Part shown: piece by piece, positions 39,579 to 47,538 of the stretch | How positions within the stretch are numbered: position 1 is the stretch's first letter | Layout of the letters: each line of letters starts with the position of its first letter | Source: a virus | Taxonomy: Duplodnaviria > Caudoviricetes | DNA length: 64,000 bases | Direction: 5' to 3' (one strand) | IMG/VR virus record: IMGVR_UViG_3300000973_000003 | Span: 793-64,792 of that record | Notes under the pieces: generated by a model | Told to the model about the DNA's origin: nothing | Seen by the model: the letters and a program-made list of their open reading frames with translations, nothing else | Database searches by the model: none | Position numbers and translations under genes: made by a program

Positions 39579-39882
39579 AGCAGCATTGGTTAAGGAGCTC
39601 CGAGATAAGGAAATCCCGATACCAAAGAACCCAACAATCGAAGCTTTGACAAAGAGGCTACGATGGCTACCTGGTAAGGGTTGGATTCTTCGTCGGTTCA
39701 AACCTCATCCAGAGCCTTCACACCCTGTTAATCTCCTTGAGCATGGCGTAATGACGTATGTTCCCAATTCTAAGTTCGCTGAAAAGATCGTTAAATCTCA
39801 AAAAGTTATGATCTTAGGCAGAACGGCTATGCCTTGGGATGGTGTAGCAATTCTTGATCCAACGGAGGATGAAGAGGAATGA
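39550..39882 (+). CDS. Hypothetical protein with HeH-like N-terminus
   Basis: KAALVKELRDKEIPIPKNPTIEALTKRL. Confidence 0.55.
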   Translation: MAKMTRKASKAALVKELRDKEIPIPKNPTIEALTKRLRWLPGKGWILRRFKPHPEPSHPVNLLEHGVMTYVPNSKFAEKIVKSQKVMILGRTAMPWDGVAILDPTEDEEE

Positions 39883-40265
39883 CTGTCACAACTTCGCAAA
39901 TTAGAGATTTACTTAACCGACCACCAAACCTTGTCGAAGGTGCTATCACCGAATACATCACGATGAGAACTCAAGAGGCCGATAAGATTGCTCGAACGGC
40001 AACATACGGTATCGCACCAGCAAACGCAGTATCAACTGCAAACAAAGAGGACTACATTAAGGCCGCAGTATGCGCTGATGTTCTCGTAGTTCTCATCAAT
40101 ACCCTCCCTGCACATACGATGCCAGAAGCAAGGCAAGGGACAGACGACAGGTTTCGTAGGCAACTTGAGCAATTTCAACTCCGAGCTGCCGATCTCAAAG
40201 CCTTGATTGCTGAACCAAACGCTGCGGCATTCGTAGTGGATTCATCAGCAACGAGGCAACAATAA
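39879..40265 (+). CDS. Putative head-tail connector protein
   Basis: 128 aa, helical, post-MCP position. Confidence 0.5.
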   Translation: MTVTTSQIRDLLNRPPNLVEGAITEYITMRTQEADKIARTATYGIAPANAVSTANKEDYIKAAVCADVLVVLINTLPAHTMPEARQGTDDRFRRQLEQFQLRAADLKALIAEPNAAAFVVDSSATRQQ

Positions 40266-42700
40266 TGGCGGATTTCTATTGGGTGGGCGGGACTGATTCT
40301 CTCGCATCGAAGTATCAAAATTGGTCGGCATCGTCTGGTGGATCAGCATTAGCTTCGTGGCCTGGCGGTTCTCCTGGTGCATCGGATAACTTCTTTTTCG
40401 ATTCTGCTTCTGCAGTCCATTGTACTTGGGAGTCAAGTGTTGTTTCGATGGCGAATATCCAGAGCATTCAGCAGTCGCTTACCGCACCCTACACAGGTAT
40501 TCTCAACATGACTATCACAACCACCATGCAAGGTCTAATCCTTAACGCTGAACTTCAAGGTTCTGGTGTTATTACCCTCACAGGTGCTAATCTCACGGCT
40601 CTTGACGATTCAGCAAGTCGTAAGCGATACGTTCTCAACGGACAGAAAGCCAAAATTGATTCTTACACAGGGCAATACAAAATCTCCCCTGCTCAAGCTG
40701 CAACTTACCTTGACAACGGCCCATACCCCGCCATGACCCTTGATACTCAACCAATTACTCTTGCTTACAACGTGCCTACATCAACAGTCCACGATCATGC
40801 TGACGATGCTACTATTCACATCAAAGGCGCATTTGTAGCGACCTCGGCAAGTGGATTCCTAAGAACAGGCGCACCAAACATGAGCGAAGATACCAAAGTA
40901 AAAATTAAGTTCGACAATCCATCAATTACCTATGCTTCAGCAAACCTTGACTTCAATATGGCAACTGCATTCTTTAGAGGAACAGAAGTACCCGTCACAG
41001 GATCACAGACCTACGGAACTGTTGCTGCTGGATTAACTGTAAGACACTACGGAGTCGTAGTATTTGCAGGGACACCAGGAGAGGTATGCACCATACGAAA
41101 CCAAACAACACTCGAATGCTACTCTTTGGAGGTAAGTGCTGGCGCAGTCTTTAGAGCGCAAGGACAGGGAACAAACAAACCTGCTAAGGTGAATGTGCAA
41201 ACGCAACCTATCATAAAAGGTGTCTGGGCTTTTCACGCAAGCAACGGCAATTCATTCCTTTCTCCAAAGATGAGCTTTGTTGCTGATGTAGCAAGTGGAG
41301 GCACAGGTTTGAGCAAGGTTTCACCCAATTCTTTGTTGATGGGGAATGCTGCTGGAGCTATGCAAGAGCTTCTTGAAATCTCCCCTGGCACTAACGGCTA
41401 CGTTCTAACAATGGTCGGTGGGACACCCGCTTGGGCTGCATCTGGCGGTGGTGGAGGTGGTTCTATTGGTGGATCAATCGCCAACGACCAGATAGCAGTC
41501 GGAGCTTCAACTGCTAATGACATTGAAGGTTCGAGCAAATTGACTTTTACTACACCAGGAAGCCTCACAATAAGCACAGGTACGACTGATCCTCCTACTA
41601 TCAATCTCGCTCAAAATGCGGCTGCTTTGAGTCTTAAAGTGCTTGAACCAAACGACCTTTTCCTATCGGATGGTTCGGATAATGGGACAGGCCCAGGTTC
41701 TCGTTTGACTTTTGTTGGTCGGACATTCGGTACAAGTTCAACAAGTGCAGGGCAACTGAAACTGTTTGCTGAACACTCTGGATCAAATAGCGATATACTC
41801 ACCATTAGAACGAACTCTGGGTATCTTCGGCTCGGACCACAGAACGGTTCGTTTTGTCACTTCTATACGGACAGGTCATACTTCTATTTCAACAAACCAA
41901 TACAAATGGATGGGGGCGGTGCTTTCTATTCCTACAATGATGATCTCATGTTAAAGACCGATGATTCGGGTTCGGGACAACCAACTCGAATACATATTGA
42001 AGGAGGCATAGACGCAACAAGAATCGGCATCGGTATGGGAACACCCCAGACTGAACTTGACGTAGCAGGGACAATTCGAGCAAGCACGTTAGTTGATCTC
42101 CCTATTCTTGGTGGGGATGCTAACGGTGATCTTCATGCAAGTGGACTTACTGTTCGTGATGAAGGCTCACCTCTTGGTATCGCTAACTCCGTGACCCAAT
42201 TTGACTTCGTGGGCGCAGGTGTAGTAGCTTCAAGGTCAAGCCCAACAGACCCCGTAGTGACCGTGACCGTAGCAGGTGGCGGTGGCGGTGGGACAACCGC
42301 ACTTATCACCTCAACCAATGTAGCAACCTGCCCTGGCCCTGGTGGAACAATCACTACAACAGGCGACTCAAGACAAATTGCTTACATCAATGGCGACCCA
42401 AGCGTACCAATAACAGTCACCAATCCTACTGCTGACGGTATTCGTTTATCTATCCATTCTTTGACAGGCTTTACTACGGGCGCAGTATCGGCATTGGCTT
42501 TCCTCTCTCCTGTCTTATCCACAGTTAATGGTCTTGCGAATAGTGGTGAGTTAAGTGCTTTTTCAAATGCCGAATTGATATGGAAAACAGGCAGTATTAT
42601 TGATCCAACAGGCAACCCTGGCGAAACTCCTGTTTCTGGATGGCATCTTGTTTCGTCACAAAACTTTAGATTATGGAATCAAGAGGGGTTAGTTATATGA
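40265..42700 (+). CDS. Gly-rich fibre/adhesin-like virion protein
   Basis: FYWVGG N-terminus, ASGGTG, GTNGYVLT...WAASGGGGG, IGIGMGTPQTELDVAG and VRDEG...FDFVGAGV fibre modules. Confidence 0.7.
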   Translation: MADFYWVGGTDSLASKYQNWSASSGGSALASWPGGSPGASDNFFFDSASAVHCTWESSVVSMANIQSIQQSLTAPYTGILNMTITTTMQGLILNAELQGSGVITLTGANLTALDDSASRKRYVLNGQKAKIDSYTGQYKISPAQAATYLDNGPYPAMTLDTQPITLAYNVPTSTVHDHADDATIHIKGAFVATSASGFLRTGAPNMSEDTKVKIKFDNPSITYASANLDFNMATAFFRGTEVPVTGSQTYGTVAAGLTVRHYGVVVFAGTPGEVCTIRNQTTLECYSLEVSAGAVFRAQGQGTNKPAKVNVQTQPIIKGVWAFHASNGNSFLSPKMSFVADVASGGTGLSKVSPNSLLMGNAAGAMQELLEISPGTNGYVLTMVGGTPAWAASGGGGGGSIGGSIANDQIAVGASTANDIEGSSKLTFTTPGSLTISTGTTDPPTINLAQNAAALSLKVLEPNDLFLSDGSDNGTGPGSRLTFVGRTFGTSSTSAGQLKLFAEHSGSNSDILTIRTNSGYLRLGPQNGSFCHFYTDRSYFYFNKPIQMDGGGAFYSYNDDLMLKTDDSGSGQPTRIHIEGGIDATRIGIGMGTPQTELDVAGTIRASTLVDLPILGGDANGDLHASGLTVRDEGSPLGIANSVTQFDFVGAGVVASRSSPTDPVVTVTVAGGGGGGTTALITSTNVATCPGPGGTITTTGDSRQIAYINGDPSVPITVTNPTADGIRLSIHSLTGFTTGAVSALAFLSPVLSTVNGLANSGELSAFSNAELIWKTGSIIDPTGNPGETPVSGWHLVSSQNFRLWNQEGLVI

Positions 42701-42799
42701 CGAGATGTAAGATATTGGATAAGTGGTTTGACGAACAATCGAAAGTGCTGGATCAAGCAGAAAAAGAACAAAAGAAGGATTTAATCACAGGTGAAAAGA

Positions 42800-42979
42800 A
42801 TGACTCGTAAAATAGGCAAGATCGTGTATGCGCCACCAGAAAGGTGCTTGAATCATATTGAGATTGAAGAGACTCCGCATGGCTACAAATTGTACCAAAA
42901 GGGCGAAGAACGGTGTTTTAAGGTGATACCTTTTAGTGTCGTAAGGGAAGTGTCCTATCAAGGGGGAAACAATAGATGA
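42800..42979 (+). CDS. Small hypothetical protein
   Basis: Operon packing; ATGA overlap at 42976. Confidence 0.5.
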   Translation: MTRKIGKIVYAPPERCLNHIEIEETPHGYKLYQKGEERCFKVIPFSVVREVSYQGGNNR

Positions 42980-43185
42980 ACCTAACAATCGAAAATGTGG
43001 AGCTTTGGCTCGCTGCTCTTGCAGCTATCGCAGGTCTTGGTGTTTGGGGCTACAAGAAGTGGCTCAAGCTCAAAGAAGGCGGAATCACACTTGACGAAGT
43101 TCTTGATGCAGTCGGAGAGGCTGCTGACAAAGCTGAAGAAGTGAAAGAGCAAGTCGAAGAAGCCATTGAAGAAACCAAAGAGTGA
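42976..43185 (+). CDS. Small N-terminal TM protein (holin-like topology)
   Basis: LWLAALAAIAGLGVWGY followed by KK and an acidic coiled coil. Confidence 0.6.
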   Translation: MNLTIENVELWLAALAAIAGLGVWGYKKWLKLKEGGITLDEVLDAVGEAADKAEEVKEQVEEAIEETKE

Positions 43186-43190
43186 TCTAA

Positions 43191-43739
43191 ATGACATACT
43201 ACTGCACGACTGATGATGTGTCCTTGAGGCTCGGCCTTGACTCTGCTCAAAGGCTTCGAGCATCAACCAGACTCACATCAGCCATACGCAGGGCTACTGT
43301 CTATATTGACTCCATTTACCGAGACTACGGCAGGGACACCCCAGGCCGTGAGATTGCTACAAGCACACTTGACGGTTCAGTAGCAGCAGGGGCTACAAGC
43401 ATTGTTGTTCAAGACGGTGCGGTATTTTCATCGGCAGGGAACGGCAACATTGACGGTGATACCTTCTCTTGGTCTGGTAAAGGAACTCAAGGGCAATCGC
43501 CAAATCAAAACACTCTCACAGGCGTTTTGGGCGTTTCAGCCGACCATGCTACGGGGGCAACAGTCGAAGAAGGTGAGATGGCTGAAGCACTACGTCAAAT
43601 ATGTGCTGATTATGCAGCGGGTATTTACCTACAAGACGATGCAGCTTTAGCAAGTGCTGACCCACTACGATCCCCAATGCTGATGGATAGGGCAAATGAA
43701 CTCCTGTTCCGTTATGCTAAATTGGGGAGCGTGGACTGA
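43191..43739 (+). CDS. Head-tail adaptor (gp6/gp15-like) with an inserted beta domain
   Basis: YCTTDDV...AIRRATVYIDS...LRQICADYAAG. Confidence 0.7.
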   Translation: MTYYCTTDDVSLRLGLDSAQRLRASTRLTSAIRRATVYIDSIYRDYGRDTPGREIATSTLDGSVAAGATSIVVQDGAVFSSAGNGNIDGDTFSWSGKGTQGQSPNQNTLTGVLGVSADHATGATVEEGEMAEALRQICADYAAGIYLQDDAALASADPLRSPMLMDRANELLFRYAKLGSVD

Positions 43740-44458
43740 TGGCGTATAAGGCATCTAAGTCCTATGGTGCGCGTGGTGAGCGCAGAGGCAACGTCAATTT
43801 TCGTATTCACTATGATGATAGCGAACTGATGAGAGCTTTGAAAGACATTCAAAGCGAAGGTCAAGACGAACTTCGTATGCTACTTAACGAGATGATGCGA
43901 AAAGCAAAGACTGAATCGCAAGAGTTCTTGTTGGATCAGAGATTGAGCAACGGTATGAAAGCACGTCAAGCTCAAGGCGAAACACCCAACGGAGATAAAA
44001 ATGTATATGTTCGTATCGCTGAAAGCTTAAAAATAAGTGATGATGCTTTGTTTGTTCGCCTATTCTCCGCACCTTATCCTTCTGGTTATTTGACAAAAAG
44101 CGGAGGCAGTCGTAGTGGGTTCAAACTCGCTTTGGCTCATTCAGCAGGGGTTGGTGCTTTCAATTATTCTTCGAGAACTCCGCTAATCGTCAATTCCTCC
44201 GTTGCTTGGTTTTTGAAAACGGGCTACGCTAAAGGCTACACCAGAATGCCCGATGGTCGCAGACCTAACGGGAGATGGTCGAAAGAAGGCAAGTATTCAT
44301 TTCCTCCGAAGAAGGATTGGCGAGATAGCATACACCCTGGTTTTAAGCAAGTTGATTTCATCGGTGCTGCTCAACAGTACATGGAGGAAAACTTTGAGGG
44401 CGAAGCTGGTAGGTTTGTTCAAGAATACTTGCGAAGGAAAGGATTTGAGAGATCATGA
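43739..44458 (+). CDS. Tail completion/neck protein (HK97 gp10-like)
   Basis: Basic; HPGFKQVDFIGAA motif; canonical position. Confidence 0.6.
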   Translation: MAYKASKSYGARGERRGNVNFRIHYDDSELMRALKDIQSEGQDELRMLLNEMMRKAKTESQEFLLDQRLSNGMKARQAQGETPNGDKNVYVRIAESLKISDDALFVRLFSAPYPSGYLTKSGGSRSGFKLALAHSAGVGAFNYSSRTPLIVNSSVAWFLKTGYAKGYTRMPDGRRPNGRWSKEGKYSFPPKKDWRDSIHPGFKQVDFIGAAQQYMEENFEGEAGRFVQEYLRRKGFERS

Positions 44459-45555
44459 GCGTATCAAAGACAACAGACTATTGGACTTCTCGCCTTGACG
44501 GGAATGACCCTGCTCAACCTATCGGTATGAATAACGAAGTCTGGTCTGTTGAAGCAGCTGGACCAGCAGGTGAAGCAGATGGTTTGAATTGGAGGATCAA
44601 TTCAGCAAACGATTTAGGCTTTTGGAAAGTCACGCCTACAACAACTGAATATACCATGTGGCTTTCGTTTTCATTCAACACCCCGCCAACCACAGGGGCT
44701 ACAATCGCTACACTTGACAATGGCACACATGAGGTTTTGTTGAAATCAAACGGTGATAATACTTCTTTACAATTGATAGGTGCAGATGGGGCTGCAACCA
44801 TGATAACAGGTCTTGATCTGGCTATGACTGATGTTGATGCAATACCCACAGTTATTCGTTTGACCCTATCATCATCGGGTGTAGCCAAAGCATACGTCTA
44901 TGACATTATGGAGGATGATGACGGAAACATATTGAATAAAACCATTGATGCTTATAACACCAACACAGGGACTAAGAGAGCGATATGGGGCAACGGCTCT
45001 GGTGATGTGACTTGGTATGCAGTATATTTCACTTCGATGGGCGCATTCAATCCCGATGAAATGGTGACGAGCAACTACTCCAATGTCACGCTGATTCAAA
45101 CCGCATTCGGTATTATTGATGTTCTCAAGACTGCTCGCAGCTACAACCTCAAGAATGTGGTGCAACCAAGCGGTATTCTCTATGGTTATGACATATCCTC
45201 GAACATGGCGGTTCGTGCTACGCCATGCGTTCACGTTCTTATTCGTCGTATTGACAGTCCCGATATGTACTCATTGGCTGGATCATCAGCCGAGTATTTC
45301 TTTCAAGTTGAAGCTTATGTCGTGACTAAAGGGACAGATTATCGCAACGCATATCGCCAGGGCATGGATATTATCGGTGAGGTTCTTGATGAGCTGTACT
45401 CCAAGACAGGACTCAAAGGGAGCTCCGATTCTCTCATAGGTCATGACGCTCGTTTGGACTCTCGCCTTGACCCAGACGACCAAGTATGTGTTCATGTTTT
45501 GAACTTGAGATACATGAGGCGAGTCGATCTGTCCCGCAGAGCATCAACCTCATGA
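44455..45555 (+). CDS. Tail terminator-like protein with an extra N-terminal beta-sandwich domain
   Basis: C-terminal FQVEAYVV...IIGEVLDEL pattern; directly upstream of the tail tube gene. Confidence 0.55.
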   Translation: MSVSKTTDYWTSRLDGNDPAQPIGMNNEVWSVEAAGPAGEADGLNWRINSANDLGFWKVTPTTTEYTMWLSFSFNTPPTTGATIATLDNGTHEVLLKSNGDNTSLQLIGADGAATMITGLDLAMTDVDAIPTVIRLTLSSSGVAKAYVYDIMEDDDGNILNKTIDAYNTNTGTKRAIWGNGSGDVTWYAVYFTSMGAFNPDEMVTSNYSNVTLIQTAFGIIDVLKTARSYNLKNVVQPSGILYGYDISSNMAVRATPCVHVLIRRIDSPDMYSLAGSSAEYFFQVEAYVVTKGTDYRNAYRQGMDIIGEVLDELYSKTGLKGSSDSLIGHDARLDSRLDPDDQVCVHVLNLRYMRRVDLSRRASTS

Positions 45556-45568
45556 TTGATATATCGCA
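45556..45568 (+). promoter_or_regulatory. Late-type promoter TTGATATATCGCA for the tail tube gene
   Basis: Identical to the motifs at 37418 and 16704. Confidence 0.65.
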
Positions 45569-45601
45569 GCGAGCATGGTATAACTACCGAGGGTATTCCT
45601 T

Positions 45602-46657
45602 ATGACCGCATTAACCAATCGTTATGTCACGCTACAAAAAGAAGCGACCTACGGCACAAAGCCTACTGCTGCTACTGCTAAGTTGTTTTTGGGTGAAGTG
45701 GATGATGAGTCCTTCTCCCAAAACTTTGACCTACTAACCCGCACCGACATTTCACGATACGGTGCATCCAAGTCTGTTCAAGGCTTGACCTACTCCGAGG
45801 GTGATGTGAACCTCCCTCTCCAACTTGACGACTTCAACTCATTCTGTCTGTTCTCTGCATTCGGTGTTGATACCTACGCATCGGCAAGCCCAGACACCCA
45901 CACCTTGACTGAAACGACTGATGATTCACTATTCGCTTCATTCTGTATTCGTGTTGGTCGTGAAGATCGTGAGCACACTTACTGTGGAATGGTTCTTGAT
46001 TCGCTTTCACTATCTGCTAACATCAATGAATATGTCATGATGACCTATTCTTTCATGGGTTGCGGTGAAGTCGCTACTGCTGGTCTTTCACTACCAGGTG
46101 GTGCTGCACCTTCTGATCCACCAGCATTCAGCACCGTTGATGCACTACACTTCTCCAAAGCATACGTTGAGTTCGAGAATGAAGCTGATTCAAGCAACTA
46201 CTCAACAATGGTTAAGTCAATCTCGCTTGACATTAGTATGAACCGTGATACCGACAACGCAAGCTCACTTGGTAAAACCACTTACGCAGTTGCACCACCC
46301 CCTACTATTCGTGAAATTAGCGGTTCAATCGAACTCAATACTTCAAACGATAAGACGGGCGAAGCAACCAACAAAGAGCCAACTTATGATGAACTACGAG
46401 CATTCCTTCTTCACAACGGCACAGACACCGCACCTGCTATCGGACTCAAGTTCGAGGATGCAAGCGGAAACTATCTCACACTTATTTTGCCGAAGGTTGT
46501 TTATGAAGCTCCAGAACTCAATGTCTCTGGCCGTGATACCTCAACCCTAAGCATGAACTTTACAGTCCTGTTTGATGAAACATTGGGCTACATGGCTAAA
46601 GCCGTTATCGGTAAAGACGACATTAACGGCAACGCAGCTATGACAAAGGCTGCTTGA
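45602..46657 (+). CDS. Major tail tube protein
   Basis: QKEATYGT, GMVLDSLSLS, REISGSIEL, LILPKVVY; upstream of the chaperone and TMP genes. Confidence 0.85.
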   Translation: MTALTNRYVTLQKEATYGTKPTAATAKLFLGEVDDESFSQNFDLLTRTDISRYGASKSVQGLTYSEGDVNLPLQLDDFNSFCLFSAFGVDTYASASPDTHTLTETTDDSLFASFCIRVGREDREHTYCGMVLDSLSLSANINEYVMMTYSFMGCGEVATAGLSLPGGAAPSDPPAFSTVDALHFSKAYVEFENEADSSNYSTMVKSISLDISMNRDTDNASSLGKTTYAVAPPPTIREISGSIELNTSNDKTGEATNKEPTYDELRAFLLHNGTDTAPAIGLKFEDASGNYLTLILPKVVYEAPELNVSGRDTSTLSMNFTVLFDETLGYMAKAVIGKDDINGNAAMTKAA

Positions 46658-46662
46658 GGTGA

Positions 46663-46854
46663 TTGAGAATGGGACTAATCGCTGATCCTTCAAAAATGAG
46701 AAGCCACACCATTCAAGGCACAGTAAGTAGTGTTGCTACTGATCTACAAACATGGCTACAAGCCCAAAGTGTAGGTACAGAATACGAAATCCAATCAGTT
46801 AGAGCAAACGATAGTCAAGGACTCATAGTGCTTATCGCCTATGCGCTCCCATGA
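46663..46854 (+). CDS. Small hypothetical tail-region protein
   Basis: GAGGTGA SD; operon packing. Confidence 0.5.
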   Translation: MRMGLIADPSKMRSHTIQGTVSSVATDLQTWLQAQSVGTEYEIQSVRANDSQGLIVLIAYALP

Positions 46855-46885
46855 AGTTAAGTTAAGTTAAGCGAAGTGAAAGTAT

Positions 46886-47233
46886 ATGCCCGTATTGAAA
46901 AAAGAAGTGGAACTAAACGATGGTCGAAAGGTTTGGGTAAGACAAGCCTCTGGACTTGACAAAATGAAGATCGAAGCAAAACAAGGCAGGGTGATGCGTA
47001 AGTGTCGCCACTTTGGTTCTGATCTCTCTCAATGGACTGACGAACAGATGGATGAGTTCATGGATATGTGCGATAAAGAAGGTGCAGGTTTTACAGATCA
47101 GGTCGAAGCCTGGTTGCCTAATTGCCTTCTTGATGAAACAATTGACCCAGACACCCTCACCTCCGATGAATTGGTTCGCATAATCAATGTGATTCGAGGT
47201 GACGATAATGAGGGCGCAGTCCCTTTGGGCTAA
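46886..47233 (+). CDS. Tail assembly chaperone (gpG-like)
   Basis: 115 aa, acidic, between tube and TMP genes; slippery heptamer near the stop. Confidence 0.75.
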   Translation: MPVLKKEVELNDGRKVWVRQASGLDKMKIEAKQGRVMRKCRHFGSDLSQWTDEQMDEFMDMCDKEGAGFTDQVEAWLPNCLLDETIDPDTLTSDELVRIINVIRGDDNEGAVPLG

Positions 47234-47538
47234 TTTACAGAGCATCCCCGATTCTCTGTTCAACATTCAAGGGGATTCTGCCGAGCGATCTGTTCGAAAA
47301 ATACACTCAACCAGGTGGATATTGGGCGTTGGAGTTAGACCTACTCGTAGCAAACGAGATAGCCGACCAGCTCAACGATTCAGCAGCAGCGAACAAAAGC
47401 AAAGCAAAGAAGCGACGTTCTGGTGCAAAATCAGCAGTCGCTCGCAGGGATCAGAGGCGGCAAACCTACTCTCCATCCGAAACAGTCAAACAACTCAATG
47501 CTTTAATTGATAACAAGGGGGTGAAGAAAGATGGTTAG
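47221..47538 (+). CDS. gpT-like extension reached by -1 frameshift at C CCT TTG
   Basis: The -1 frame is open from 47221 to TAG 47538 (PFGLIYRASPILC...ELDLLVANEIADQ...). Confidence 0.7.
   Translation, partial: PFGLIYRASPILCSTFKGILPSDLFEKYTQPGGYWALELDLLVANEIADQLNDSAAANKSKAKKRRSGAKSAVARRDQRRQTYSPSETVKQLNALIDNKGVKKDG

Noticed and set aside
46854-46885. AAGTT tandem repeat upstream of the tail chaperone
   Set aside because: Only three exact 5-mers; too short to support a function.
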